From Bacillales bacterium UBA6449 (GTDB taxonomy: Bacteria > Bacillota_I > Bacilli_A > RFN20 > CAG-288): 64,000 nt of DNA. Both the position numbers and the translations under genes were made by a program. The notes beneath the pieces are model-generated. The model was not told the DNA's origin. It ran no database searches and saw only the letters and a list, made by a program, of their open reading frames with translations. The stretch spans positions 8,049 through 72,048 of the forward strand of contig DJOB01000002.1 of the NCBI GenBank assembly GCA_002437105.1, written 5' to 3'. Shown piece after piece: positions 7,830 through 16,709 of this stretch. Within the stretch, counting starts at the first letter, position 1; each line of letters begins with the position of its first letter.

Positions 7830-9734
7830 GTGATTATTTTGGATACTGTAATTCTCGGTGTCGATGAGCCTCTGGGACAGAGGTCTCTTCGTGAGGTCCT
7901 CAGCGCAGGACAGGATAGGGTCGTAGGCGTGGGTGTCTCTTCTCCGTCCTCTCTGACGGCTGAGCTTTTCAAGTCGCTGCCCGATCTCAGGATCGTGTCC
8001 CTCAGAGATGGGACGTTCGATCAGGCGCCTACCGGTGTCTCGGTGTACATCGGAAGTGGATCCGAAGCGAGGATGGTCGAATCTCTGAAGCCCCAGAAGG
8101 TTCTTCTCTGCACCTATGGAATCGACTCGTACAAGGTCTATGCTTCCCTGGTCAAGACGCAGAGTACGATTCTTCTAGGCGATGTCGATTCGACTCTCGT
8201 CGGCAATGTCAATCCGGGCGAGCTGGCTGGTATCGAGTATCTGTCGCCGGCTATCAGGCAGGGCTTGGAGCTGGTGAAGAAGGCGGCTGCGACCGATCGG
8301 ATCATCCTGGTCTACCGCGCTGATGAGAATGTCGAAAAGACTCCTGCGGAGAAGCTCTTCGCGCTGACGGGCAAGACTCTCAGTCAGGCGGGTGAGGACA
8401 CGCGGGGAGCGATCGAATCCGCGCTCATGATCCGCGCTTTCTTCGATCTCGCCATCCTCGCGCGCGTGACCGGTAAGGCGATCGACACTTTTGGCGCCAT
8501 GATCGGCGATCCGGAGAAGACTCCCGCTGTCATCTCTCGGGATGGTGCGTTCATCGATGCGGAGGGGAATCCGGTCACCGGTCTGACCGCGCTCTCCTAC
8601 GAGCTGTATCCCATGTTCTACTTCCTGACGAAGATATCCAGCAAGTTCAAGGTCAGGGGCGATATCGCCATCTGCGGCGCTTCCGAAGTGGCGATCAAGG
8701 CTTGTGCTGAGGATAAGATCGACCTCTCCAGCACGGAGACGGTGATCCGGCAGGTCGCTTCGGCTGTCGCCCATAATCTCAAGACTCCTACCGATGAGAT
8801 CCAGGCGCAGATCGTCTTCGACACGGCGGTCAAGGCGGCTAAATCTCTGGTGGATCGGGTGGTCAATGCTCGCGAGCACGGTACTACCCTAGTTCAGGTG
8901 CGGAAGTCCAAGAAGCTCAACGCTGAGAGGGAGGAGAAGGTCGTCGAGACTAAAGAGGAGCACAAGGAGCACAAGAAGGCGACGCGCTGGAAGAACGATC
9001 CGGACAAGAAGGAGCTCTGGGCTGAGCACGTTCGGGTGAGACAGGCGCGCCAGAAGCGAGAGGCGGAGAACGAGAAGCGTTCCAAGGTGCGGATGCAGCA
9101 GGTGGAGAAGGCGAAGGCCGACCGCGGCGATTTCCCAGTCGAGATAGTCGCGGATGAGAAGAAGGATCGCGATCAGCACAATCGCGAACGGACCCGCTAC
9201 GGATCTCACTCCAGCTATCGCGGACATTCATCTTTCGGCGACCATCGTTCCTTCGGTGGCCACAGGAGCTTCCATCGGGATGGTGAGAGCGGCGAGAGAA
9301 GGTCCTTCAGATCCGCGGGGGAGAGGAAGTTCGGCGCCCACAAGTCCTTCGGTGATCATCGCTCTTTCGGCGATCACAAGAGCTTCCACCGGGACGGTGA
9401 GAGCGGTGAGAGAAAGTCCTTCAGACCCGCAGGCGAGAGGAAGTTCGGCGCCCACAAGTCCTTTGGCGATCATCGTTCCTTCGGTGATCATAAGAGCTTC
9501 CACCGGGATGGTGAGAGTGGCGAGAGAAAGTCCTTCAGGCCTGCGGGCGAGAGGAGGTTCGGTGCCCGCAAATCCTTCGGCAATCATCGTTCCTTCGGCG
9601 GACACAAGTCCTTTGGTGGTCATCGTGGTTCCTACGATGGTGGCAAGAGGAGCTTTGGAGGTAGGAGAAGCAGTTATTCTAGAGGGTCTAGCCGGAGTTC
9701 TTTCCGGAAGCCGTCCACTAAGAGCGAAGAGTAG
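7830..9734 (+). CDS. Degenerate Dxr-like (1-deoxy-D-xylulose-5-phosphate reductoisomerase fold) protein with a K/E-rich segment and a basic His/Arg/Ser/Phe/Gly repeat tail
   Basis: It occupies the dxr slot between cdsA and rseP. By-eye alignment to Dxr: ILGVDEPLGQRSL vs ILGsTGSIGtqTL; QSTILLGDVDSTLV vs KTIaLANKEtLV; DRIILVYRADEN vs ERlIiTASGGsF; GASEVAIKACAEDKI vs aANEvAVaaFLagkI. The catalytic and NADPH motifs are not conserved. The start is ambiguous: GTG 7830 overlaps the AAGGAG RBS, while TTG 7839 has 8 nt spacing. Confidence 0.5.
   Translation: MIILDTVILGVDEPLGQRSLREVLSAGQDRVVGVGVSSPSSLTAELFKSLPDLRIVSLRDGTFDQAPTGVSVYIGSGSEARMVESLKPQKVLLCTYGIDSYKVYASLVKTQSTILLGDVDSTLVGNVNPGELAGIEYLSPAIRQGLELVKKAAATDRIILVYRADENVEKTPAEKLFALTGKTLSQAGEDTRGAIESALMIRAFFDLAILARVTGKAIDTFGAMIGDPEKTPAVISRDGAFIDAEGNPVTGLTALSYELYPMFYFLTKISSKFKVRGDIAICGASEVAIKACAEDKIDLSSTETVIRQVASAVAHNLKTPTDEIQAQIVFDTAVKAAKSLVDRVVNAREHGTTLVQVRKSKKLNAEREEKVVETKEEHKEHKKATRWKNDPDKKELWAEHVRVRQARQKREAENEKRSKVRMQQVEKAKADRGDFPVEIVADEKKDRDQHNRERTRYGSHSSYRGHSSFGDHRSFGGHRSFHRDGESGERRSFRSAGERKFGAHKSFGDHRSFGDHKSFHRDGESGERKSFRPAGERKFGAHKSFGDHRSFGDHKSFHRDGESGERKSFRPAGERRFGARKSFGNHRSFGGHKSFGGHRGSYDGGKRSFGGRRSSYSRGSSRSSFRKPSTKSEE
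9228..9569 (+). repeat. Three in-frame tandem copies of a 114-nt (38-codon) unit inside the Dxr-like ORF, with a degenerate partial fourth copy to ~9630
   Basis: The unit encodes (K/S)SFGDHRSFG(D/G)H(K/R)SFHRDGESGER(K/R)SFR(P/S)AGER(K/R)FGA(H/R). Copy boundaries are 9228, 9342 and 9456. Confidence 0.9.
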
Positions 9735-9762
9735 TTTCTACTTTGGATAGGAGGCCTCTCGG

Positions 9763-11238
9763 ATGAGAATCTTTATCGGAATAATCGTATTCATATTTGG
9801 ATTGGGTATAGTCATCTGTCTCCACGAGGCTGGGCACTTCTCGATGGCTAAGCTCTTCAAGGTCTACTGCGAAGAGTTCTCGATCGGGTTCGGACCACGG
9901 ATCATCTCCATCAATCCTAAGGATAAGAAGACTGGTCAGAAGAAGTGGGAAACCACTTTGAACATCCGTCTGCTGCCTTTGGGCGGGTATGTCTCCATGG
10001 TTGGAGAAGAGGAAGATTCTCAGATGACGGAGGCGGGTCAGACTCCTGTTCCCAAGGAGCGAACCTTCGGCGGGGTGAATCACGGCAAGCAGGCGATCAT
10101 CATGATCGCCGGTATCGTGATGAACGTCATCCTGTCCTATTTCCTGTTCCTCTTCGGCAATGCCTTCGGTCGGCAGCAGGATCCCTATGTCGATAGGATC
10201 GCGCTCGTCGATAATTCTCCCTTAGCGGAGAGGGGGCTATCCTCGGGTGACATCATCGATGGTCTGGTTCTCGAGCTCGGCACCCTGGATATCGACAGTG
10301 ATGGAAATAGGTCGGCCAGCAGCACCTTGATGATCGTCGATGGGGATGGTAATGAGTTGACCCCTCAGCAGTACGTCTCTTTTAAGGATAAATATTCTGG
10401 TATTAAATACAATCAGCTCATCCGGAAGATCGGTAGCTATCCCGAGGTGGAAACCGAGTTTAAGTTCGATACCTACAATTTCTATCGCCTGCAATCTATC
10501 ACGGATATCGCCGTCTTCGATGATCATGGCGCCAATCTGGTAGTCCAGGCGGATTCGGTTGTGGCCTCATCCGATTCGACCGATGCTGATAAGCTGCTTC
10601 GTTACGCGCCGGTCGGGAAGGATGGCGGATTGAAACTGACGGTCGACTACACGAGAAGGAGCGATGGTCAGAAGGGTGAGACGATTCAGGCTCAGATACC
10701 GAATAAGGAGGCGGAGAGGCTGCTGGATGATCATCAGACTCTGCAGAAGTACTATTCCTTCGGTAGTCTCGGCGTCGGTGTCTATATGACCTATATGCCC
10801 GACCTGGCTGCGCAGAAGGCTGGATCCGACCGGATTACTGGAGATACCTTCGGCCGCGCGATCGTCCGGTCCTTCGTCAATCAGGGCGAGGGTATAAGGG
10901 ATGTCTATGTCGCTCTCGGATCGCTCTTTACTCCTAAGGGCTGGAACAATGTCGGCGGTATCGTCTCGATCTTCATGACCAATCAGCAGGCGGTCGATCT
11001 GGGCTTCTACTATGTCATGTGGGTCTGGGGAATCATCTCCATCAATCTCGCGGTCTTGAACCTGCTTCCTATCCCCGGTCTGGATGGTTGGCAGCTGCTG
11101 CTCTGCATCATCGAGTCGATTACGCGCAAGAAGATATCGCAGAAGTTCAAGGGATACGCTTCGATCATCGGTCTATCCTGCCTGATCATCCTCTCGGTCG
11201 TGCTGATCATCCTCGATCTGATCAGGTATCTCGGTTAG
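9763..11238 (+). CDS. rseP: RIP metalloprotease RseP (site-2 protease family)
   Basis: TM1 carries HEAGHF (HExxH), a PDZ-like LAERGLSSGDIIDG segment follows, and the C-terminal motif is NLLPIPGLDGWQLL. AGGAGG lies 8 nt upstream. Confidence 0.85.
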   Translation: MRIFIGIIVFIFGLGIVICLHEAGHFSMAKLFKVYCEEFSIGFGPRIISINPKDKKTGQKKWETTLNIRLLPLGGYVSMVGEEEDSQMTEAGQTPVPKERTFGGVNHGKQAIIMIAGIVMNVILSYFLFLFGNAFGRQQDPYVDRIALVDNSPLAERGLSSGDIIDGLVLELGTLDIDSDGNRSASSTLMIVDGDGNELTPQQYVSFKDKYSGIKYNQLIRKIGSYPEVETEFKFDTYNFYRLQSITDIAVFDDHGANLVVQADSVVASSDSTDADKLLRYAPVGKDGGLKLTVDYTRRSDGQKGETIQAQIPNKEAERLLDDHQTLQKYYSFGSLGVGVYMTYMPDLAAQKAGSDRITGDTFGRAIVRSFVNQGEGIRDVYVALGSLFTPKGWNNVGGIVSIFMTNQQAVDLGFYYVMWVWGIISINLAVLNLLPIPGLDGWQLLLCIIESITRKKISQKFKGYASIIGLSCLIILSVVLIILDLIRYLG

Positions 11239-11269
11239 TTAAGGTGATCTGGTAAGGGAGGGATTATCC

Positions 11270-14200
11270 ATGGCTGCTCAGATACAGATGGATGATGTTC
11301 TTCAAAGATTTCTCAACAGGATCGGGGTTCGCGATCAGGAACCGTTCCGCGAGTGCTGCTTTTCCGACATGTCCTTCGACGATGGGGTCAATCGGGTTTA
11401 TCTGGTGCTGCGCTGCCCCCGCATCCTTCCTCTGTCCGCCTATCGCGAACTGTTCTCCTGTATCGATAAGCTGGCGCGTGCGGCGCCGGAGGAGAGATTC
11501 GATACCACTTTGAACTTCGAGTATGTGAAGCGGCGCGAGGGTCTCGATCAGCTGCTCGATGCCTTCACCGCGGAGAATTCTTTCTACGGGCTCGGCGATG
11601 CGACGCTGCCGGCGGATGAGAACAACCCGATCATCTTCAATGTGCCGGAGTCCAGCGATGAGACGCTCGACAGTCTGAAGGACGAAGCGGATCAGTTTGA
11701 GAAGTTCCTCAAGCAGATCGGACTCAAGTATAAGGTGGCGCTGGTCGAGAGGAAGCCAGATGCGGATACCAGCACCTCTGAGCCGGCGTCCGAGAATGAT
11801 AGTGAAGATGGCATTCCGCCCATCGACGATAGCTATGCCCCTTCGCGGACCGACTACGACATCCCCGATGATTCGGAAGAGGAGGGAGATGGCGATCTCG
11901 AGGATATCCAGAAGTTCAGAAACGAGCAGGCGCAGCGGGCGCAGGAGATGGTGAAGCGCGCCATGGAGCGCGAGAACCGTCTCAAGACCGAGTATGAGCA
12001 ACGCCGGAAGGATATGCTGACCTACTATCCGGCCAAGATCAAGGATATCGACAACCTGAAGCGCGTCCTCGTCGAAGGGACGATCTTCAAGGTCAGCGAT
12101 ATGCGGCAGACCAAGAAGGGTAAGCACTTCTTGACCATCGAGTATTCGGATGGGTCTTCCTCTATCGCTTCGACTCTCTTCGAGAATAAGAAGATCACTC
12201 TCGAGATCCTCAACAGCCTCAAGCCCGGGGTGAAGATACGCGTCAAGGGCGAGGTCCAGGATGATAAGTATCTCCATCAGCTCGCGATCGATGTTCACAA
12301 TATGGAGTTTCTCCCGCCCGATCCTCTGCGGGAGGACAAGAGCGAGGAGAAGCGCGTCGAGCTCCATCTGCACACCAATATGTCCGCGATGGACGGTATC
12401 GCCTCGATCACCAAGTACGCCAGCCTTGCCCACCACTTCGGGATGAAGGCTATCGGAATCACCGATCACGGTGTCGTGCAGGCGTTCCCGGAAGCGCAGA
12501 AGATCGGGAAGAAGCTCGAGATGAAGATGCTCTACGGCTGCGAGCTATACATGGTGGATGAGCATCTGGATATCTGTCTCAACACGAGGGACGAGCCGCT
12601 GGATCAGGCTGACTACGTCATCTTCGATCTCGAGACGACGGGTCTCTCCGCTCACTACGATAGGATCATCGAATTCGGAGCGACTAGGTATTCGCACGGA
12701 CAGCACAAGGACGATATCGACTTCTTTATCAATCCCGATCGCCAGCTTAGGGATTTCATCAAGAAGAAGACTAACATCACCCAGGAGATGGTCGACGCCG
12801 GTCGTCCGATCAAAGAGGCCTTGAAGGCCATCCTCGAGTTCTTTGGCGACTCGGTCATCATCGACCATAACGCCGCCTTCGATATCGGCTTCCTCAACGA
12901 GGCGCTCAAGAATAACGGGCTTCCGCAGATCAAGAATCCAGTGATCGATACGCTGCCCCTCTCGCGCTACATGTATCCGCATCAGCGCTCCCACACCCTC
13001 GAGGATGTGGCGAGAACTCTAGGTATCTCGTACGATGATACGAAGGTCCATCGCGCCATCTACGATGCTCAGGTGCTCGAGAGCGTCTATCTGGGTCTGC
13101 TCTCGGTCCTGGAGCAGACCACGCCCAAGCTCAATATGAAGGACTTGGAGAACCTCACTTCGAAGGACGTCATCCTGACGGCGCGCCCCAAGCACGTCAT
13201 CGCCTACGCTAAGAATGAGCAGGGACTCAAGGATCTGTATAAGATCATCTCCCTGTCCTCGACCGAGTATCTAGCTAATGTTCCTAAGACGCCTCGCAGC
13301 CTGATTGAGAAGTATCGTGAGAATCTCATCATCGGTTCAGCCTGCTTCAACGGCGAGGTCTTCGACTCCGCCCTGACGAAATCCACCGATGTCCTGAAAG
13401 GGGTGATGAAGTTCTACGACTATATCGAGGTCCAGCCCCCTGCCTGCTACTCCTGGCTCATCAACAACGGTCAGATCTCCGACGACGATAGTCTCAAGAT
13501 GATCCTCAAGGATCTGATCGATGCGGCGGAAGATATCGGCAAGATGGTGGTCGCCACCGGAGATTGCCACTACCTGAATCCTGAGGATAAGATCTTCAGA
13601 GATGTCTACATCTTCTCGAAAGGACTAAAAGGTGCTAGACATCCTCTCAATCCTTTCGGACGCGATAAACAGAAGCCGTATCCCAATCCCGATCAGCATT
13701 TTCTCTCCACTGATGAGATGCTCGAGGCCTTCAGTTTTCTAGGCGACCAGGAGCGCATCAAGCGGATCGTCATCACCAATTCGAACAAGATCGCCGACGC
13801 GCTCGGCGAGATCTATCCCTCCAAGGACAGGCTCTACCCTCCCTATATCAAGGACTGCGACACCAACCTGATCAACCTCGTCTATAAGACCGCTAAGGAG
13901 ATCTACGGAGATCCTATTCCGGAGCCTATCAAGAAGCGTCTCGACACCGAGCTGCACGGTATCGGTACCAACGGATACTATGTCATCTACTGGATCGCTT
14001 CCGTCCTGGTGCGAAAGGTCAATCAGACGGGGCATCTGGTCGGCTCGCGCGGTTCGGTCGGCTCCTCGCTGGTGGCGACGATGTCCGGCATCACCGAGGT
14101 CAATCCTCTCCCGCCTCACTGGATCTGTCCGAAGTGCAAGCACCTCATCTGGGCCGATGCGGTAAAGTGCCCCGATGGGTTCGATCTGCCCGATCGCGCG

Positions 14201-15766
14201 TGCCCTCAGTGCGGAACCAAGATGAGAAAGGATGGTCACGATATCCCCTTCGAGACGTTCTTGGGCTTCCACGCTGATAAGGTCCCCGATATCGATCTCA
14301 ATTTCCCTTCCGATTATCAGGCCCAGGCGCACGAGATGACCCGGGAGCTGATGGGGGCGGATAACGTCTTCAAGGCAGGTACCATTCAGACGACCGAGGA
14401 GAAGAACGGTATCGGTTATGCCAAGGGCTATTTCGAGAATCGCGGGATCGATCCTAAGACGATCCGTCCCGCCGAGATCGATCGGCTCGCGATGGGCTGC
14501 GTCGGTGTCAAGCGCACGACGGGTCAGCACCCGGGCGGCATCATCGTCATCCCTTCCAACATGTCGGTATTCGACTTCACCCCGTACCAGTATCCCGCCA
14601 ACTCCGAGGATGCCTCCTGGAAGACGACCCACTACGATTTCCACGCTATTCACGATAACGTTCTGAAGTTTGATGAGCTGGCCCACCTGGATCCGTGGGC
14701 GGTCAAGATGATGTCGGATATGGTGGGGGTCGACTGGAAGAAGATCCCCTTCGACGATCCGGAGGTCATGTCCATCTACACCTCGACTAAGGCTCTCCAT
14801 CTGAAGAAGAATATCCTCAAGCAGAAGACGGGCGCTCTGGGACTGCCCGAGTTCGGAACGAACCTGGGTCGGCAGATCCTCGAGGAGACCAAGCCGAAGG
14901 GCTTTGGTGACCTCGTCAGGATCTCGGGTCTATCCCACGGAACCAATGTCTACGCTGGCAACGCTCAGGATCTGATCCTATCCGGCAAAGCGACGCTGCG
15001 CGATGTTATAGGTTGTCGTGACGATATCATGATCGGTCTCCACAACAACTACGGCGTACCTTCCGATAAGGCCTTTACCATCATGGAATTCGTGCGTCAC
15101 GGCATGTACGCCAAGCCCGGTAACGAGGAGAAGGGCCAGCAGTATATCGACCTGATGAAATCCTACAACGTGCCGGATGACTACATCGAATCGTGCAAGA
15201 AGATCGCCTACCTGTTCCCCAAGGGACACGCGTGCGCCTACGTCATGATGGCCGTGCGCGTCGCCTGGTTCAAGGTCCACTATCCCGAAGTCTACTATGC
15301 GGTCTACTTCTCTCTCCGGTGCGATGCCTACGATCTGAAGATCATGCAGTCCGGCCAGAGCGCTGCTCTCAACTGGATGAAGAACTACGAGAATAGGCGC
15401 CTGAATCGGCTGCCGATCGAGAACAAGGACAAGGCGCTCTACAATACGCTCACCAATTATGTCGAGATGACCGACCGGGGCATAAGGTTCGGTCACCTCT
15501 CGATCGACAAGAGCCAGGGAACCTTCTTCTCGGTCGATCTGGAGACCAAGGAGATCATCCCTCCCTTCTCCGCCGTCGATTCTCTGGGTGAAGTTCTAGC
15601 CAACAAGATCGTCGAGGAGCGGAAGAAGGCTCCGTTTACGACCATCGAGGACTTCGAGCGCCGGTGCCGCATCTCCAAGGCTATCTCGCAGAAGCTCCGG
15701 GAGCTGGGCGCTTATAAGGGAATCCCCGAGGCTGAGCAGATGAGTCTAGACGAGATGCTAGGCTGA
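11270..15766 (+). CDS. polC: DNA polymerase III alpha subunit, PolC type
   Basis: 1498 aa. PHP domain (VELHLHTNMSAMDG, ITDHG), inserted DEDDh exonuclease (YVIFDLETTGL...HNAAFDIGFL...HRAIYDA), Zn-finger CPKC...CPQC and the pol core. Confidence 0.97.
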   Translation: MAAQIQMDDVLQRFLNRIGVRDQEPFRECCFSDMSFDDGVNRVYLVLRCPRILPLSAYRELFSCIDKLARAAPEERFDTTLNFEYVKRREGLDQLLDAFTAENSFYGLGDATLPADENNPIIFNVPESSDETLDSLKDEADQFEKFLKQIGLKYKVALVERKPDADTSTSEPASENDSEDGIPPIDDSYAPSRTDYDIPDDSEEEGDGDLEDIQKFRNEQAQRAQEMVKRAMERENRLKTEYEQRRKDMLTYYPAKIKDIDNLKRVLVEGTIFKVSDMRQTKKGKHFLTIEYSDGSSSIASTLFENKKITLEILNSLKPGVKIRVKGEVQDDKYLHQLAIDVHNMEFLPPDPLREDKSEEKRVELHLHTNMSAMDGIASITKYASLAHHFGMKAIGITDHGVVQAFPEAQKIGKKLEMKMLYGCELYMVDEHLDICLNTRDEPLDQADYVIFDLETTGLSAHYDRIIEFGATRYSHGQHKDDIDFFINPDRQLRDFIKKKTNITQEMVDAGRPIKEALKAILEFFGDSVIIDHNAAFDIGFLNEALKNNGLPQIKNPVIDTLPLSRYMYPHQRSHTLEDVARTLGISYDDTKVHRAIYDAQVLESVYLGLLSVLEQTTPKLNMKDLENLTSKDVILTARPKHVIAYAKNEQGLKDLYKIISLSSTEYLANVPKTPRSLIEKYRENLIIGSACFNGEVFDSALTKSTDVLKGVMKFYDYIEVQPPACYSWLINNGQISDDDSLKMILKDLIDAAEDIGKMVVATGDCHYLNPEDKIFRDVYIFSKGLKGARHPLNPFGRDKQKPYPNPDQHFLSTDEMLEAFSFLGDQERIKRIVITNSNKIADALGEIYPSKDRLYPPYIKDCDTNLINLVYKTAKEIYGDPIPEPIKKRLDTELHGIGTNGYYVIYWIASVLVRKVNQTGHLVGSRGSVGSSLVATMSGITEVNPLPPHWICPKCKHLIWADAVKCPDGFDLPDRACPQCGTKMRKDGHDIPFETFLGFHADKVPDIDLNFPSDYQAQAHEMTRELMGADNVFKAGTIQTTEEKNGIGYAKGYFENRGIDPKTIRPAEIDRLAMGCVGVKRTTGQHPGGIIVIPSNMSVFDFTPYQYPANSEDASWKTTHYDFHAIHDNVLKFDELAHLDPWAVKMMSDMVGVDWKKIPFDDPEVMSIYTSTKALHLKKNILKQKTGALGLPEFGTNLGRQILEETKPKGFGDLVRISGLSHGTNVYAGNAQDLILSGKATLRDVIGCRDDIMIGLHNNYGVPSDKAFTIMEFVRHGMYAKPGNEEKGQQYIDLMKSYNVPDDYIESCKKIAYLFPKGHACAYVMMAVRVAWFKVHYPEVYYAVYFSLRCDAYDLKIMQSGQSAALNWMKNYENRRLNRLPIENKDKALYNTLTNYVEMTDRGIRFGHLSIDKSQGTFFSVDLETKEIIPPFSAVDSLGEVLANKIVEERKKAPFTTIEDFERRCRISKAISQKLRELGAYKGIPEAEQMSLDEMLG

Positions 15767-15797
15767 TAGTCTCGCAGTGAGATCTTCCGTTCTGTTC

Positions 15798-15841
15798 GGG
15801 TGAAGCGTGCTCGGCTGGAGCATGCCTCACCCATCTTTTTT
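15798..15841 (+). terminator. Rho-independent terminator after polC
   Basis: GGGTGAAGCGTGC...GCATGCCTCACCC forms a 13-bp stem (one mismatch, one GU) followed by ATCTTTTTT. Confidence 0.75.
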
Positions 15842-15877
15842 GAGGCGGGGGTAATATATAGAAAGAAGGAGAGATAT

Positions 15878-16636
15878 ATGAAGAAGATAGCAATTGTTAC
15901 CGGCGCTTCCTCGGGATTGGGCCGGGCTTACGCTGAGACGATCCTCAGCACCCGCAAGGATCTTGATGAGGTCTGGATCATCGCCAGGCGCACGGAGCGG
16001 CTCCTCGCGATCAAGGAGAAGTTCGCTAGGGCGCGTCCGCTCACGATGGATCTCACAAATCTGGATAGCTTTGCCGAACTGAAGAGCCTTCTGGAGACGG
16101 AGAAACCCGAGGTGCGGATCCTAGTCAACTGCGCGGGTTCAGCGGCCAATGGGTCCTTTGCCAACACTTCGGAGAAACAGATCCTGTCCATCATAGATGT
16201 CAATATCATCGGGGTGACTATGATGCTGAAGACCGTGGTTCCCTTCATGAGCCGGGGCAGCTTCGCTATCGATGTCTCCTCGATCACCGGACTGATCCCC
16301 ACGGCTAATCTGACCGTCTATTCCGCCTCCAAGTCCTACGTTCAGTTCATCACGCGCGGCCTGCGTGAGGAGTACAGGAAGAAGGGTATAAACTTCCTCT
16401 CTGTTCACCCGGGAAATATGGATACCGAAATGAATAGAAAGGACAATCCAAATCATTCTAAGATTGTAAAGATGCTTCCTTATACCCCCGTGTCTAAAGT
16501 CGTTAAGGTCTCGCTGAGAAGGGCGGCGCACGGCAAGGCGATGTACACGCCGGGCGCTTTCTACAAGTACTTCAGGTTCCTCACCAAGGTTCTTCCCTGG
16601 TCGCTTCTGATTCCAGTCTTCAAGGTGAATGGCTGA
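15878..16636 (+). CDS. Short-chain dehydrogenase/reductase (SDR) family oxidoreductase
   Basis: IAIVTGASSGLGRAY (TGxxxGxG) and YSASKSYV (YxxxK). AAGGAGAG lies 4-5 nt before ATG 15878. The track start at 15800 falls inside the polC terminator. Confidence 0.85.
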   Translation: MKKIAIVTGASSGLGRAYAETILSTRKDLDEVWIIARRTERLLAIKEKFARARPLTMDLTNLDSFAELKSLLETEKPEVRILVNCAGSAANGSFANTSEKQILSIIDVNIIGVTMMLKTVVPFMSRGSFAIDVSSITGLIPTANLTVYSASKSYVQFITRGLREEYRKKGINFLSVHPGNMDTEMNRKDNPNHSKIVKMLPYTPVSKVVKVSLRRAAHGKAMYTPGAFYKYFRFLTKVLPWSLLIPVFKVNG

Positions 16637-16660
16637 GAGGCCTACAATCTGCCTTGAATA

Positions 16661-16687
16661 AGGGTGGCGTTCATGCTACCCTTTTTC
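16661..16687 (+). terminator. Terminator after the SDR gene
   Basis: GGGTGGC-GTTCAT-GCTACCC followed by TTTTTC. Confidence 0.6.
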
Positions 16688-16709
16688 GGTTTAAAAAAGA
16701 AAAGAGATA

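Noticed and set aside
9228-9630. Regular 114-nt direct repeats that could be mistaken for a CRISPR-like array
   Set aside because: The repeats are contiguous with no spacers, in frame inside a long ORF, and encode a conserved peptide. This is a coding tandem repeat, not a CRISPR array.
11264-14800. Long minus-strand ORFs inside polC (11264..12469, 12545..12994, 13739..14800, 14978..15496)
   Set aside because: All are antisense to the 1498-aa PolC frame, which has unmistakable PHP, exonuclease and polymerase motifs. The antisense products are Arg/Leu/Asp/Gly-rich with no recognisable domains.
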